DNA of 64,000 nucleotides. Source: a virus. Lineage: Duplodnaviria > Caudoviricetes. The DNA lies in IMG/VR virus record IMGVR_UViG_3300031414_000007, positions 128,001 through 192,000 of that record, one strand, 5' to 3'. Every line of letters starts with the position of its first letter. Within the stretch, counting starts at the first letter, position 1. The translations under genes and the position numbers were made by a program. The notes beneath the pieces are model-generated. The model was not told the DNA's origin. It ran no database searches and saw nothing but the letters and a program-made list of their open reading frames with translations. Shown piece after piece: positions 10,328-19,861 of the stretch.

Positions 10328-11023
10328 TTATACAGGGTCGCCTGACTTAGGACTGGTAGAACCGTATTTAATACGGAACATATAATCCAGGCTATCGAAC
10401 GGGAAGTCATTGCGATAGACAACATAATCAAAGCCACCGAGACTGACTTCCGCTGCGCCTTGGAAGTTGAAGTCATTGAACTCCATAGCGCCATCCCATG
10501 ATCCAGAGAATCCCTGCGCGGTCTCTTGAAAATATCCATAGAGCAAACGCTTTGGCCATGCGACGTAGAAGAAGCGGTTGTTATCAGACGTAGATTCATT
10601 CGGTGGGCAAGTGATTGTTTGAGGACTCGATTCACCGAGAATAGTAGTCAGAGAACGGAAGAAGGTATCGTTGTAGTCTTGAATCGACAACACTTTATCG
10701 TGTATGCCAAAGCGAGGACCATATTCACCACTGAACGGCACAGACACTCTAACCTTGTTCGACGTAGCATTGAGAGTGGTGCTGACGTTATACGCCTTAG
10801 CCACAAGGTCATGCTCGCCTGTATCAAAAGGCAGAGTGAAGTCGAAATATGCAGTCGTTCCAGAAGTAGGCAGGTCAAGTTTCTTGAGCACTGTACCCGC
10901 TGCATTCTCAATCTGGAGTGTACCACGCAAAGGCGGATTATCCATTGCGACTAAGAATCGCAGTTCTTTATTACGCAGCGAGAAGCAGTATTCCAAGTTA
11001 CCTTGAATGGTCAAAGTAAGCAT
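10328..11023 (-). CDS. Structural protein: Ig-like domain plus a copy of the fibre C-terminal domain
   Basis: 231 aa. The C-half (FFYVAWPK..YGYF.E..QGF.GSWDGA.EF.DFNF.G.AEV...DYV.YRNDFPFD) closely matches the C-terminus of 5005-9015. Confidence 0.7.
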   Translation of the reverse strand: MLTLTIQGNLEYCFSLRNKELRFLVAMDNPPLRGTLQIENAAGTVLKKLDLPTSGTTAYFDFTLPFDTGEHDLVAKAYNVSTTLNATSNKVRVSVPFSGEYGPRFGIHDKVLSIQDYNDTFFRSLTTILGESSPQTITCPPNESTSDNNRFFYVAWPKRLLYGYFQETAQGFSGSWDGAMEFNDFNFQGAAEVSLGGFDYVVYRNDFPFDSLDYMFRIKYGSTSPKSGDPV

Positions 11024-11039
11024 AGAACCTCACAATACG

Positions 11040-11065
11040 AAAAAAGGAGGACCGAAGCCCTCCTC
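11040..11065 (-). terminator. Rho-independent terminator after tail sheath
   Basis: Minus strand GAGGAGGGC-TTCG-GTCCTCC-TTTTT. Confidence 0.85.
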
Positions 11066-11070
11066 ATTGA

Positions 11071-12747
11071 TTACTGACTCAGAGTTGTGGAGGTACTGCC
11101 TGTCGGGTTGATGTTGAAACGATAGATCAGACGCTTCGTAGTACGCGTCGGGTCCAACACGATATCCAGAATCAGGTCGCCATTAGCGATAGTCTGGTTG
11201 GTGTTGTTGTTCTCGTCACAGACAACCTGATAGCCCTGAGAACCGGAGCTACCGCTACGCAGACCGCGTGCCAGCTTGATTTCTTCGAGGAACTTCTCGA
11301 CAATACCTTTCAGATAGCCACGCAGGATGCTATCGTTCGGGTCAAACAGGCCAACGCGGCAAGTGCGCTGACAGACTTCAAGCACGTAGCCCACCATACG
11401 CTGAATCTGAATCTGCTGGAAAGCAGAGTTCTGATTGTACTGAGTGCTCGCTTCCCACACCGCATAGCCACCGCCCATAATATCAGGCAGCTTACGGATG
11501 TAGTTGACCTGCTCGCGCGTCATTGCATCACGGTCGTCCTGATCATACTTCTGAGCGATAGCATGGAAGTCGAGAGGACCTGATGCAGTGATACCCGCAG
11601 GTGCGAACCAGCTACCACGGTTGTTATCCGTGTAGGCAAACACAGCACAAATCTGACCAACACACGCAGTCCACAAATAGCGGCCAGTGTCTTCGTCGAA
11701 GATTTTGATATCAGGCGTATACAGAGCCATGTTGGTGTCGTTGACGTTCAACGTCTGACGGCGATAACGAATCGCTTTAGACACAGACTGCTCGGACGAC
11801 GGGATGCCACAAATAACGAAGCAGTTAACGTGCGCAGCAGCCGCAGCTTTCATGCCGCGGTGGATGATGTAATCCTGAGTAGGACTAATCAGCAGCGTCA
11901 CACGAACTTCTTCCGGGTCACCGAAGTATTCCTGATACGCTTTCGCAAAGTCATCAGAAGTACAAGTGTCACCGTCAGCACCGCCCTGGAAGAAGATGAA
12001 GTCGGTGGTGAAGAAGTCGATATCGGTGGTGAAGTACGGGTTGCGCACGAAGCGGAAGTTGGAGCTTTCGTTTTCCATCGCGTGATCGATACGATACTGG
12101 CGGTCAAACTCATCCGCATAATCATACAGGCTGCACTGGTAAGAGTTTACCGGATTGCTGCCGTTCTGATAGTTCTCGTACTCGTCGATATAAAACAGCT
12201 TCGTGTTATACGACTTACGGTCGTCAAATGGGTCGAGACCCTTAGGACAGGCCGGACGAATCTGTAACGCCATCTGGTTGTTCCAGTCACCTGGGTTTTC
12301 CAGAATAACGTAACCGATGATGTTATCATTCAACGGGTCAGTAGGCAGGAAGCCCAGCTGATCAGGAGAATCTACACCGACGATGTTACCATCTTGATCG
12401 GTGTATGGGGTGATACGCACTACAGGCTGAACAGCAGACGCGTCATCGACAGTAACCACACCGACCGCGTATTTTGCGTTCTTAGTGATACGGACGAATT
12501 TGAGCTGGTTAGTCTGTTTAGCAACAGGCAGCGCGAGATACAGGCCGAGGCCATACTTGGGATCTTTTGCACCGAAGATGTTTTTCAAATCATCTTTATT
12601 ACGCACATCAACACGCTGGTTTACAGGGCCGCGACGAGCCTGACCAACAATGCCTACTACTGCCGTAGATAAAGACGTTGCACCAACGGAGAGATCCCGT
12701 ACACCAGTATAAACACCAGCAGAGGAATGCGTTGAGTTAACGGGCAT
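11071..12747 (-). CDS. Contractile tail sheath protein
   Basis: Start moved to ATG 12747 (AAGGAG RBS). Motifs SAGVYTGVRDLS, GQARRGPVN, WFAPAG, DRDAMTREQVNYI, IQIQRM, FDPND..LR, CDENNNT and LILDIVLDP are typical of myophage sheaths. Confidence 0.92.
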   Translation of the reverse strand: MPVNSTHSSAGVYTGVRDLSVGATSLSTAVVGIVGQARRGPVNQRVDVRNKDDLKNIFGAKDPKYGLGLYLALPVAKQTNQLKFVRITKNAKYAVGVVTVDDASAVQPVVRITPYTDQDGNIVGVDSPDQLGFLPTDPLNDNIIGYVILENPGDWNNQMALQIRPACPKGLDPFDDRKSYNTKLFYIDEYENYQNGSNPVNSYQCSLYDYADEFDRQYRIDHAMENESSNFRFVRNPYFTTDIDFFTTDFIFFQGGADGDTCTSDDFAKAYQEYFGDPEEVRVTLLISPTQDYIIHRGMKAAAAAHVNCFVICGIPSSEQSVSKAIRYRRQTLNVNDTNMALYTPDIKIFDEDTGRYLWTACVGQICAVFAYTDNNRGSWFAPAGITASGPLDFHAIAQKYDQDDRDAMTREQVNYIRKLPDIMGGGYAVWEASTQYNQNSAFQQIQIQRMVGYVLEVCQRTCRVGLFDPNDSILRGYLKGIVEKFLEEIKLARGLRSGSSGSQGYQVVCDENNNTNQTIANGDLILDIVLDPTRTTKRLIYRFNINPTGSTSTTLSQ

Positions 12748-12801
12748 GATTTGTCTCCTTATATGACTGTCTGAAATTATCGTATAAGAGACTAGAAACG
12801 C

Positions 12802-12826
12802 AAAAGGGGCAGCCGAAGCCACCCCT
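12802..12826 (-). terminator. Rho-independent terminator ending the replication operon
   Basis: Minus strand GGGGTGGC-TTCG-GCTGCCCC-TTTT. Confidence 0.85.
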
Positions 12827-12831
12827 TTGTT

Positions 12832-13917
12832 TTAACAATCGCAACCTACGGAATCGAAGTCCAATTTCAGTCCCGGATAGAGTTCATTAAACTCCGTCAG
12901 AGGCATATTGAAACCTGCGGCACTTGGATGCCCGTCACCGCCACGAGTACGCGCAATGTAGCGAGCACTGCCTTTGTGGCCTTCCGGATATCCTTGAGAA
13001 CGGCAGCTAACATACACACGGTCCGGGTCGCGGTGACCTTTACGCACCAGCAGCACTGTTTGGAAGTGCGGATAGTTTTCGTAGACGTGTGCGCCAGTTT
13101 CAGACGCGATGTTCTTATCGCAAGGCACAACTGCATGTTTAACACCGACCAGCTCGTTAGGCTCAGAGAAGTTGCTGTTCTCGTCGATCATGCGGCGAAT
13201 CTTCGCATCACGGTCAGAGATTGCAGCTTCACCCTGTTTGATAATCTGCTCAATATCACCAGACAGGATAATCTTATATGCCTTGCGCACGGTGGGCGGC
13301 ATATCGGTGTAGATGATACCACACTTCTCAACGTCGCTAAACACGTCCTTAGAATAACCTTCGTAGAAAGCGAATGCGCGTTTGTTAGTACGAATCCACA
13401 GATCGCGGTCAGACACCAGTTGGGCACAGCGGATGATGTTGCCTGTGCAGGAGTATTGATGCTGCTGGAACTCACCGACATGCGCCATGTAGGCAAGCAG
13501 TGCGCCGCTACCGCCGGAAGCAAACGTCAGAGACACAGGAGAAACGTCGAGCGCAGCACATTCGGCAGCATACTTCTCTTGGTCACGAACATCGTGGTGG
13601 TCGAGAACTTTAAAGCCACCAGCGCCGAAGCGTTTAGTGAAGATAGCCATCTGCTTTTCAGTCAGAGAGAAATCAACTACGACAACGCGGGTGTAACCTT
13701 TGGGATCTTTGATGAACTCACCTTTATCATCCTTGATGCCCTCAAGACCAGGCAGGTCTTGCAGCAGTACACCATTAGCGTCAACAATATCGCCTTGGTT
13801 TTCTGCATAGACAGCAGGATAGAAGTGAAGCGTATCATTGGAATACGCAAGTGCTGTGATGGCCGCAGCGAAACTGCCATCAGCACATCCTTGATGATAG
13901 ACAACAAGTGTAGTCAT
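12832..13917 (-). CDS. DHH/DHHA1 family phosphoesterase (NrnB-like)
   Basis: YHQGCADG, VVVVDFS, VLDHHD and C-terminal GGDGHPSAAGF motifs. Confidence 0.85.
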   Translation of the reverse strand: MTTLVVYHQGCADGSFAAAITALAYSNDTLHFYPAVYAENQGDIVDANGVLLQDLPGLEGIKDDKGEFIKDPKGYTRVVVVDFSLTEKQMAIFTKRFGAGGFKVLDHHDVRDQEKYAAECAALDVSPVSLTFASGGSGALLAYMAHVGEFQQHQYSCTGNIIRCAQLVSDRDLWIRTNKRAFAFYEGYSKDVFSDVEKCGIIYTDMPPTVRKAYKIILSGDIEQIIKQGEAAISDRDAKIRRMIDENSNFSEPNELVGVKHAVVPCDKNIASETGAHVYENYPHFQTVLLVRKGHRDPDRVYVSCRSQGYPEGHKGSARYIARTRGGDGHPSAAGFNMPLTEFNELYPGLKLDFDSVGCDC

Positions 13918-13919
13918 GA

Positions 13920-14786
13920 CTAAACCCAGTGGTTGTTAGAATTGTTTCCAGTTTGGGCAGCGCGAGCATGTGCAACCATCTGGCGCAAGCCCTCCAGCGT
14001 CCGTTCTAAGTGATCGCGATAGTGTTCGTCGGCAATGTTCACACCGTGATGGAATGCTACAGTAAACAATTGCCATTCATTCGATTGGCGCAGTGCTTCC
14101 ATTTTACGGTAAAGAATTTCACGACGCTCGCGGGCACGTAACAAACGCTGAATTAAATTAAGTGGATCGTGAGATTTTGAAGCAAGTTCAATGTGAATTG
14201 CATCTAAACCCTCATAGTCCAAACGAGCCAAAGCCAGCTTTGCGTTCAGGAACAATTCGCGGCGCCGAAGCTGTTCCTCCTGAGGCATACGGCGGCACTT
14301 ATCTGGGTGCGTCATACGTGCAATAGCTTTGTAGATTGCCTTACACTTCTTAGCGAGGACGGCACGGGACCACTTCTCATGATCGGCCTGCTGGTCTGCA
14401 TCACCTTCGTTATCACGCACTTCGTGGTCAGTGTCTTCTTCGAAGTTATCGTCCACCAGCTTCTGCAAGTCTTCTGCATTCGCTTTGTCTTCGAGGTCGT
14501 CAGACTCTGCCATGTTGATAATGATGGCCTGGAGTTCGGCGTTGAGTCGCTCAATCTCCATAATAATCGGCTTGTTGTTTTTGTTCAGCTTGTCGATTAC
14601 TTTGGTAACGCGTTCACAATCAGCACTGTAGCGGAGTTCGAGTGCGGCTACTTCTTCGAGGACTTCTTCAAGCGTTTCGCCGCCTTCCTCTTCAAACTGC
14701 GCCAGTTCCTGTGTGTCCACCAATTCAGTGGACTGAGCTAACAGTGCTGGAAGTTGAGGGATAACCATCAACTGAGTATTTGTCAT
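13920..14786 (-). CDS. Coiled-coil protein with a DnaJ J-domain
   Basis: CKAIYKAIARMTHPDKC...ELFLNAKLA: J-domain helix II, HPD motif and helix III. Acidic coiled-coil N-terminus. Confidence 0.8.
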   Translation of the reverse strand: MTNTQLMVIPQLPALLAQSTELVDTQELAQFEEEGGETLEEVLEEVAALELRYSADCERVTKVIDKLNKNNKPIIMEIERLNAELQAIIINMAESDDLEDKANAEDLQKLVDDNFEEDTDHEVRDNEGDADQQADHEKWSRAVLAKKCKAIYKAIARMTHPDKCRRMPQEEQLRRRELFLNAKLALARLDYEGLDAIHIELASKSHDPLNLIQRLLRARERREILYRKMEALRQSNEWQLFTVAFHHGVNIADEHYRDHLERTLEGLRQMVAHARAAQTGNNSNNHWV

Positions 14787-14977
14787 GGGCGAGTAAGCTC
14801 CGAGATTGGTTTAGCCACCAGCTCTGCAATGCGCGGCGGGCACTGAGGGTTGCGTTTTAAGTTCTTGTGCAACCACTGCAAGTTGTTACCTGACGAAGAC
14901 ACCTCAGCGCGAAAGCTGGGCAGTTTAAGTTCGTCACGGTGTTTGGCCAGCAGCGCATTCAGTTCATTCAGCAACAT
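14783..14977 (-). CDS. Hypothetical protein
   Basis: 64 aa. AAGGA RBS. Translationally coupled (4-nt overlap). Confidence 0.6.
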   Translation of the reverse strand: MLLNELNALLAKHRDELKLPSFRAEVSSSGNNLQWLHKNLKRNPQCPPRIAELVAKPISELTRP

Positions 14978-14986
14978 TGTTTTTCC

Positions 14987-15607
14987 TTAAAGAGAAGAAG
15001 TCATCAGTTCGAGAACATTTGAAACCACATGCGCAGGACCGATAGAGATACCAGTGTGCGCCTGCAGGTGAATACGTTTCGTAAACAGTTCGAGTGGGTC
15101 AGGCCCACCGCCTGTCACTACGATTCGAGGTATCTTCGGGAACATCTCAAGGATGTCTCGCAGTCGTTCAATCTTATAGCTGGTGCTGTCCATCGTTACG
15201 TTGGTCAACACTAACAATGATGGTCGCTTGCTTTTGAGTTGTTCATAGTCGAAGCGATCACCGTACAACGTTACCCAGCGAGGCTTGAGCGCTGTCTCTA
15301 CGCTGTCTTCTACCGCAGCATTAAAGATATTCAACGCTGCCATTTTCGCTCGATAGTCATTCGGGAAACTGCTAATCACCGTGATACGCGGGTCAGACTC
15401 AAACGGATTCTGAATCATCTTCGCAAGGTGAGTAAGCTGTTTGGCTTTGGAGACAACACGACCTTTGAAGTAAGGCGACATTGGCTTATAGTCCTGCGCA
15501 GCTTCAACTACATCAAAAGTCTCACGCTTGCCAAACAGTAGCTGGGGATCTACACCCAGCGTTTGCATTTGCTTTGCCGCAGCAGGTTCGAAATCGAATG
15601 TTAACAC
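14987..15607 (-). CDS. Hypothetical protein, possible degenerate DnaC/IstB-like AAA+ fold
   Basis: 206 aa. GTG start with GGAGG RBS. SLLVLTNV...KIERLRDILEMFPKIPRIVVTGG resembles the Walker B-to-sensor region of DnaC-like loaders, but there is no GKT Walker A. Confidence 0.4.
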   Translation of the reverse strand: MLTFDFEPAAAKQMQTLGVDPQLLFGKRETFDVVEAAQDYKPMSPYFKGRVVSKAKQLTHLAKMIQNPFESDPRITVISSFPNDYRAKMAALNIFNAAVEDSVETALKPRWVTLYGDRFDYEQLKSKRPSLLVLTNVTMDSTSYKIERLRDILEMFPKIPRIVVTGGGPDPLELFTKRIHLQAHTGISIGPAHVVSNVLELMTSSL

Positions 15608-15635
15608 AATACCCTCCGTTGTTCATGTCAGGTAT

Positions 15636-15983
15636 TTACAGATTTGGGCTGCGCTGCCAAACAACGAATCTGATATTCAGAGCACGATCATCACGCAAGG
15701 CTGTTTCGCGTGGGTCGTGGCGATAGGCGTATTTCTGCAAATGCTCAGGTCTTTCGTGGGGTAAGACTGCATGAGCAGGATTGGGCACAGATTCATAGGT
15801 GTGACTCTCAATCACCACCAGATTGTCAATACGAAGAACACCAGGAACCTCGAACACAGTCGGCAGATTGCCGGGCGTAGTTGCAGTACCAAGAACTGTC
15901 TCATGATACTCCACTAATGCTTTCACTAACGCCCGCCCAACAGCAGTAGTGAGCGTCAGATTATACTCGGTTCTAAATTCCAT
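15636..15983 (-). CDS. Hypothetical protein
   Basis: 115 aa. GGAG RBS. Operon packing. Confidence 0.6.
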   Translation of the reverse strand: MEFRTEYNLTLTTAVGRALVKALVEYHETVLGTATTPGNLPTVFEVPGVLRIDNLVVIESHTYESVPNPAHAVLPHERPEHLQKYAYRHDPRETALRDDRALNIRFVVWQRSPNL

Positions 15984-15998
15984 GGTGTTCTCCTATTA

Positions 15999-16370
15999 TT
16001 ACATCAGTGGCATTTCTGGATCGACGTAGGTGTACAAGAACACCACGTTCCAACCAGAGGCAGCTTCAGGGTTGTTGTGGAAGCGATATCCATAGAACAT
16101 CAGGATGCCCGTACTACCTTCACCCAGTGTTGGGTCATAGATAGTGAACGCTTCTTCCAACTTGAGCGCGTCAGCAATGCTGATAGCCCAGTTATCCAAA
16201 TCAAACGGACCTTCTGGAACTTCCCACGAATACGAATGCTTCTGCCAGTGTTCGGCCTGCATGTCAGTATCTTTGGAAATCCAGTCGAGATGTTTAAGTC
16301 CCATGTGCAGAGCGACAGCGCGTGGAATGCCGTGCTCGTTCATGTAACGCTGCAATTGATCAAGACGCAT
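15999..16370 (-). CDS. Hypothetical protein
   Basis: 123 aa. AAGGA RBS. Operon packing. Confidence 0.6.
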   Translation of the reverse strand: MRLDQLQRYMNEHGIPRAVALHMGLKHLDWISKDTDMQAEHWQKHSYSWEVPEGPFDLDNWAISIADALKLEEAFTIYDPTLGEGSTGILMFYGYRFHNNPEAASGWNVVFLYTYVDPEMPLM

Positions 16371-16683
16371 TGCATAGTTCCTTAATGGTGCGTGGGAAGA
16401 CTGTCACATTAATGCGCGTGTGATCTTTGTGTTCAGGATGCGGTAGGCATTCATGAGACACAAGCCAGACGTTCGTGCATTCGAGTTTATCACGCATCAC
16501 CATTAACAGGTTGGACATGACAGACACGCTATGCACAAAGTTAGAATAATCGAGAGTGAGGACCATTACTTCACTCGTCGGTTCTTCATCGCCTTGGTTC
16601 CACAGGCTAACGTTCATCGACAGGCGGGCTGCTTCACTTCTCAACATATCCATATCGAGAGTGTGCGGTAAACGCTCTTTCAT
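16360..16683 (-). CDS. Hypothetical protein
   Basis: 107 aa. AAGGAG RBS. Confidence 0.6.
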   Translation of the reverse strand: MKERLPHTLDMDMLRSEAARLSMNVSLWNQGDEEPTSEVMVLTLDYSNFVHSVSVMSNLLMVMRDKLECTNVWLVSHECLPHPEHKDHTRINVTVFPRTIKELCNAS

Positions 16684-16721
16684 TTAAACTCCTTATAGCT
16701 TCAAAAGAGACAGTCTATAAA

Positions 16722-17195
16722 TTAGAGAGCGAGACCCTTAAGCAGTAAACGCGCACTGGTCAGGAATTGACGTTGTTTGTTTTGAGGCAGCTTGCGATAG
16801 CGCTGGAGGATATCCTCTAACGAGGCGTCTTCGCCTGTACTCAGATGGACGCTTTCAATCGTGCCGAGTTCTCCTTTCATCCAGTTGGCTTTGGTGACAG
16901 TTAACAGGAAGGTGCCGCGATACTCCTCCACGATACGACCGCCAGGCCCGCCAACAGGGTTACGAACTTTGGTGTGCTCGATGTTTGCGATACGCTGAAT
17001 CGCTATGCCGTCAGGGAATTGCGCAAACACCTCAGACAGATCAATATCTGCCTTGTTGTCCGGTGCAGGAGATTTAGCAACGAATGTTACACGGAACGTT
17101 TCGCCGCCTTCAACGTCGTACTGACCATCATAGATGATCTTGTCGTTGGCGCGCAGCGTGTCAGTAATCAGTTTGAAAATCGGATCTGAGAACAT
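16722..17195 (-). CDS. Hypothetical protein
   Basis: Start moved to ATG 17195 (GAGGA RBS, MFSDP...). Confidence 0.6.
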   Translation of the reverse strand: MFSDPIFKLITDTLRANDKIIYDGQYDVEGGETFRVTFVAKSPAPDNKADIDLSEVFAQFPDGIAIQRIANIEHTKVRNPVGGPGGRIVEEYRGTFLLTVTKANWMKGELGTIESVHLSTGEDASLEDILQRYRKLPQNKQRQFLTSARLLLKGLAL

Positions 17196-17196
17196 G

Positions 17197-17712
17197 CTAT
17201 TCCTCAATGTAGTTGACGAGCATACCGATATGATTTGTAATCATTGTCTTCTGCTCTGAGGTTAGCTCGCTATATGCAGGGATGTTTGGGAACTGGCCCT
17301 TCATTGCGAGATAGATTGTTTGAATATTTGGCGCTTCCTGCTCGACGCGACCGCGATGAATAATACAACCGCGATAGATGAATGCAGACGCAGGGCTGGT
17401 TGGTGTGAGATGTACAGGCTCAACATAGTCATATGCAACCAACACAATCGTATTGCCGAATACCTCTTTCAGCATGGACAGAGGCTCGTCTGGGTTATCA
17501 CTTTCCAGATCATATGTCTCATATGTCGCGTCAACGATACTTGTCGCAGCACCACAAAGGTTGATGTTCAGTCTGAGATCCATCTTCGTGTGAACATCAC
17601 GCATATCAGGATGCGGTGTGAGAATAAAGCCCTTCTCCTTAAGGGCTTGACGCAGCATTTGGGACACTTCGATACTGCCCGGTTTATGCTGCGGTGTGTT
17701 TTGCAACTGCAT
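17197..17712 (-). CDS. Hypothetical protein
   Basis: 171 aa. ATG overlaps the helicase stop codon. Confidence 0.6.
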   Translation of the reverse strand: MQLQNTPQHKPGSIEVSQMLRQALKEKGFILTPHPDMRDVHTKMDLRLNINLCGAATSIVDATYETYDLESDNPDEPLSMLKEVFGNTIVLVAYDYVEPVHLTPTSPASAFIYRGCIIHRGRVEQEAPNIQTIYLAMKGQFPNIPAYSELTSEQKTMITNHIGMLVNYIEE

Positions 17713-19313
17713 TAGAATCGCCTCATGCCTAAGTTAGAGGGCTGGCCTTTCACTTTCGCTTCCGGTTCGAAGTAGTCAGGCAACTCGCTATCAAGCGCTT
17801 CACCTCTCGACACAACTCCCATCCAATCACGCAGCTTCTTCGGTGTACGCTTCGCTTTCGCGTAACCAAACTTCCAGCACATCTTGAGAACGGAACGAGC
17901 ACACTGCATAGAGCGGTCCATCTTTGGATCAATGAACATACGAATCACAGGTGTGCGCTTGTTTTCCATCGGCGTCAGAATACGACACGATTCCTGTTTC
18001 CAGTTCGGCTCGTTGTTCATCGGCATGATGTAATACAGCGTGTCCCACTTAGGAACGTTCAGGCCGCGCTGCATCAGCTTACGCATACCGACAACGCAGC
18101 GTATCTTACCTTCACGCGCTGCATCAATAATCGGCTTACGCTTCTTCGCTTCTTTCGCGCCACCAAGGAACACAGCAGCAACTTCGTCCATGTAATGCTC
18201 ATTGATACGCTGCACCAAACGACGCGCCTGATCAGTGAACATGATTGGGATTGCGATACTTCGACCGGCATCGAGGTCTTTGATAATCCATTCAAAGATC
18301 TTATCGTTGCGGTCTGGATGATTCGCAAGGAACTTACAGAATCGAACCCAACCACTTTTGTTGTTGTAGTTCGCTTTCGACTGCACTCTGTTTGAGGTCT
18401 TATGCAGCGTTACTTTCGGCACAAGCTCCTCAACAAACGCCTCGGCAATCACAGGCCCGAAAATAGATTCAATCAGGTAGTGACGTCCGTCTTTACGTTT
18501 AGGCGTTGCAGTCAGACCGAAGCGATACTTCATTTTCAGAGAGGCCAGTACGCGGCTATAACAGCTTGCGTTACCAGCGTGACATTCATCGACGAACAGC
18601 GTACCGTAGTTCTCGTTCAGCAACTTGAGTCGCTTCTTCGAGTTCTTACTGTCAGAGATCAGAGACTGATAGGTCACGAGGATGATCTGGAAGTTCTTAT
18701 AGTCGTCCAGAGTCTTCGGGAATCCATACAGCTTCTTACCGTGCTTCTCTTCCAGCTCAGGCAAGTTCGTCATCGCTTCGATAGTTTCTAAGAAACCATC
18801 AAGGAAGTCCTTCTGGTCAGCCATAATGACTGTACGGAATCCAGAGTGACATGCACCAGCAGTACCGATAACTGTCTTACCAGAACGAGGCGGTGCTTTG
18901 AATACACCACACAGTTCGCCGAACATCTTCTCGAACGGCTCTTCCTGATATTCACGCAGCTTGCCTGTGAACTTCACTTTGTAGTCGTAAGGCACACGCG
19001 ACGTACCGTTAACGAACTTCACTTCTTTCAGGCTTAACCCTGCTGTCTTTTCGAAACGGTGCATCTCACCATAAGGAATCGACACATAACGCTTACCCTT
19101 AATGTCAGAGTATTTCGCCAGCACGGTTATATCAAGCAGACCGCCCTTTGAACACTGGCGGCATTCATCGGACGGTCGTATAGAACGAAACTCACAGTTC
19201 TTGCACACGGCATTTTCGAACTCATAGTGAGTCATCTTCTTGATGATGTTGTCTGCGTCCACAACCTTAACTGGAATGTGCAGACGGCTATCGACCAATA
19301 CTTTGGCAGTCAC
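17712..19313 (-). CDS. SF2 DNA helicase (UvsW/T5 D10-like) with N-terminal Zn-ribbon
   Basis: APPRSGKT (motif I), LFVDECH (II), GLTATPKRKDG (III), GLNVP (V). CKNC...CRQC zinc motif. Confidence 0.88.
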   Translation of the reverse strand: MTAKVLVDSRLHIPVKVVDADNIIKKMTHYEFENAVCKNCEFRSIRPSDECRQCSKGGLLDITVLAKYSDIKGKRYVSIPYGEMHRFEKTAGLSLKEVKFVNGTSRVPYDYKVKFTGKLREYQEEPFEKMFGELCGVFKAPPRSGKTVIGTAGACHSGFRTVIMADQKDFLDGFLETIEAMTNLPELEEKHGKKLYGFPKTLDDYKNFQIILVTYQSLISDSKNSKKRLKLLNENYGTLFVDECHAGNASCYSRVLASLKMKYRFGLTATPKRKDGRHYLIESIFGPVIAEAFVEELVPKVTLHKTSNRVQSKANYNNKSGWVRFCKFLANHPDRNDKIFEWIIKDLDAGRSIAIPIMFTDQARRLVQRINEHYMDEVAAVFLGGAKEAKKRKPIIDAAREGKIRCVVGMRKLMQRGLNVPKWDTLYYIMPMNNEPNWKQESCRILTPMENKRTPVIRMFIDPKMDRSMQCARSVLKMCWKFGYAKAKRTPKKLRDWMGVVSRGEALDSELPDYFEPEAKVKGQPSNLGMRRF

Positions 19314-19315
19314 AT

Positions 19316-19861
19316 CTATTTCCTTGAGTTCGGCAGACCGTACTCACGCTGATTGATGATGTTCATCGTATCGACAAGTGCTCTGTATGCGAAGCCGCAC
19401 TTATCAATGTCCTTGATATACAGGTCAAGCTCTTCCTTGAGCAACTCAAGCTGATCAGCGTAGCGGTAGTATTCGGCCATAATGTTTCTGACACAACGCT
19501 CGCGTTCTTTCGCAGCGCCGACGGCTTTCAGATCTTTTGCATACGTGACCGAGGCGTAATCCTGAAACCGTTCCAACATATCATTTAACAGTTTCGAGGC
19601 TGTATGGATATGCGTCATAATCTCAGTCATACGGCTTCGGTACGATTGATCTTGAATTATCGACTCGGCTACTTTGTTCAGTGCCTGCGGGTCAGAGATG
19701 TTTAACGTTCTGACCTTACGCATCTTAAACAGTTTACGCGCTTCGTCTTGCAGCTCGGCCAAAGGTTGCTGAAAAATATCGTTGGTCTTATAAATATCTC
19801 TCAGCTTCTTATAGCGCTTGTCGTTCTTGACCTTTATTCGAATGCGCTTTAGGTCGTCCAT
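19316..19861 (-). CDS. Helical protein, possible UvsY-like recombination mediator
   Basis: 181 aa, all-helical, adjacent to the UvsW-like helicase as uvsY is in T4. Similarity is loose. Confidence 0.4.
   Translation of the reverse strand: MDDLKRIRIKVKNDKRYKKLRDIYKTNDIFQQPLAELQDEARKLFKMRKVRTLNISDPQALNKVAESIIQDQSYRSRMTEIMTHIHTASKLLNDMLERFQDYASVTYAKDLKAVGAAKERERCVRNIMAEYYRYADQLELLKEELDLYIKDIDKCGFAYRALVDTMNIINQREYGLPNSRK

Noticed and set aside
11071-12822. ORF-track 583-aa extended start for the sheath (and extended starts for 9719, 33169, 37227, 41697, 44599, 46187, 48977, 59294)
   Set aside because: The extensions run through terminators, promoter motifs or upstream genes. Downstream ATG/GTG codons have clear Shine-Dalgarno sequences or fit the upstream promoter motif and gene packing better.
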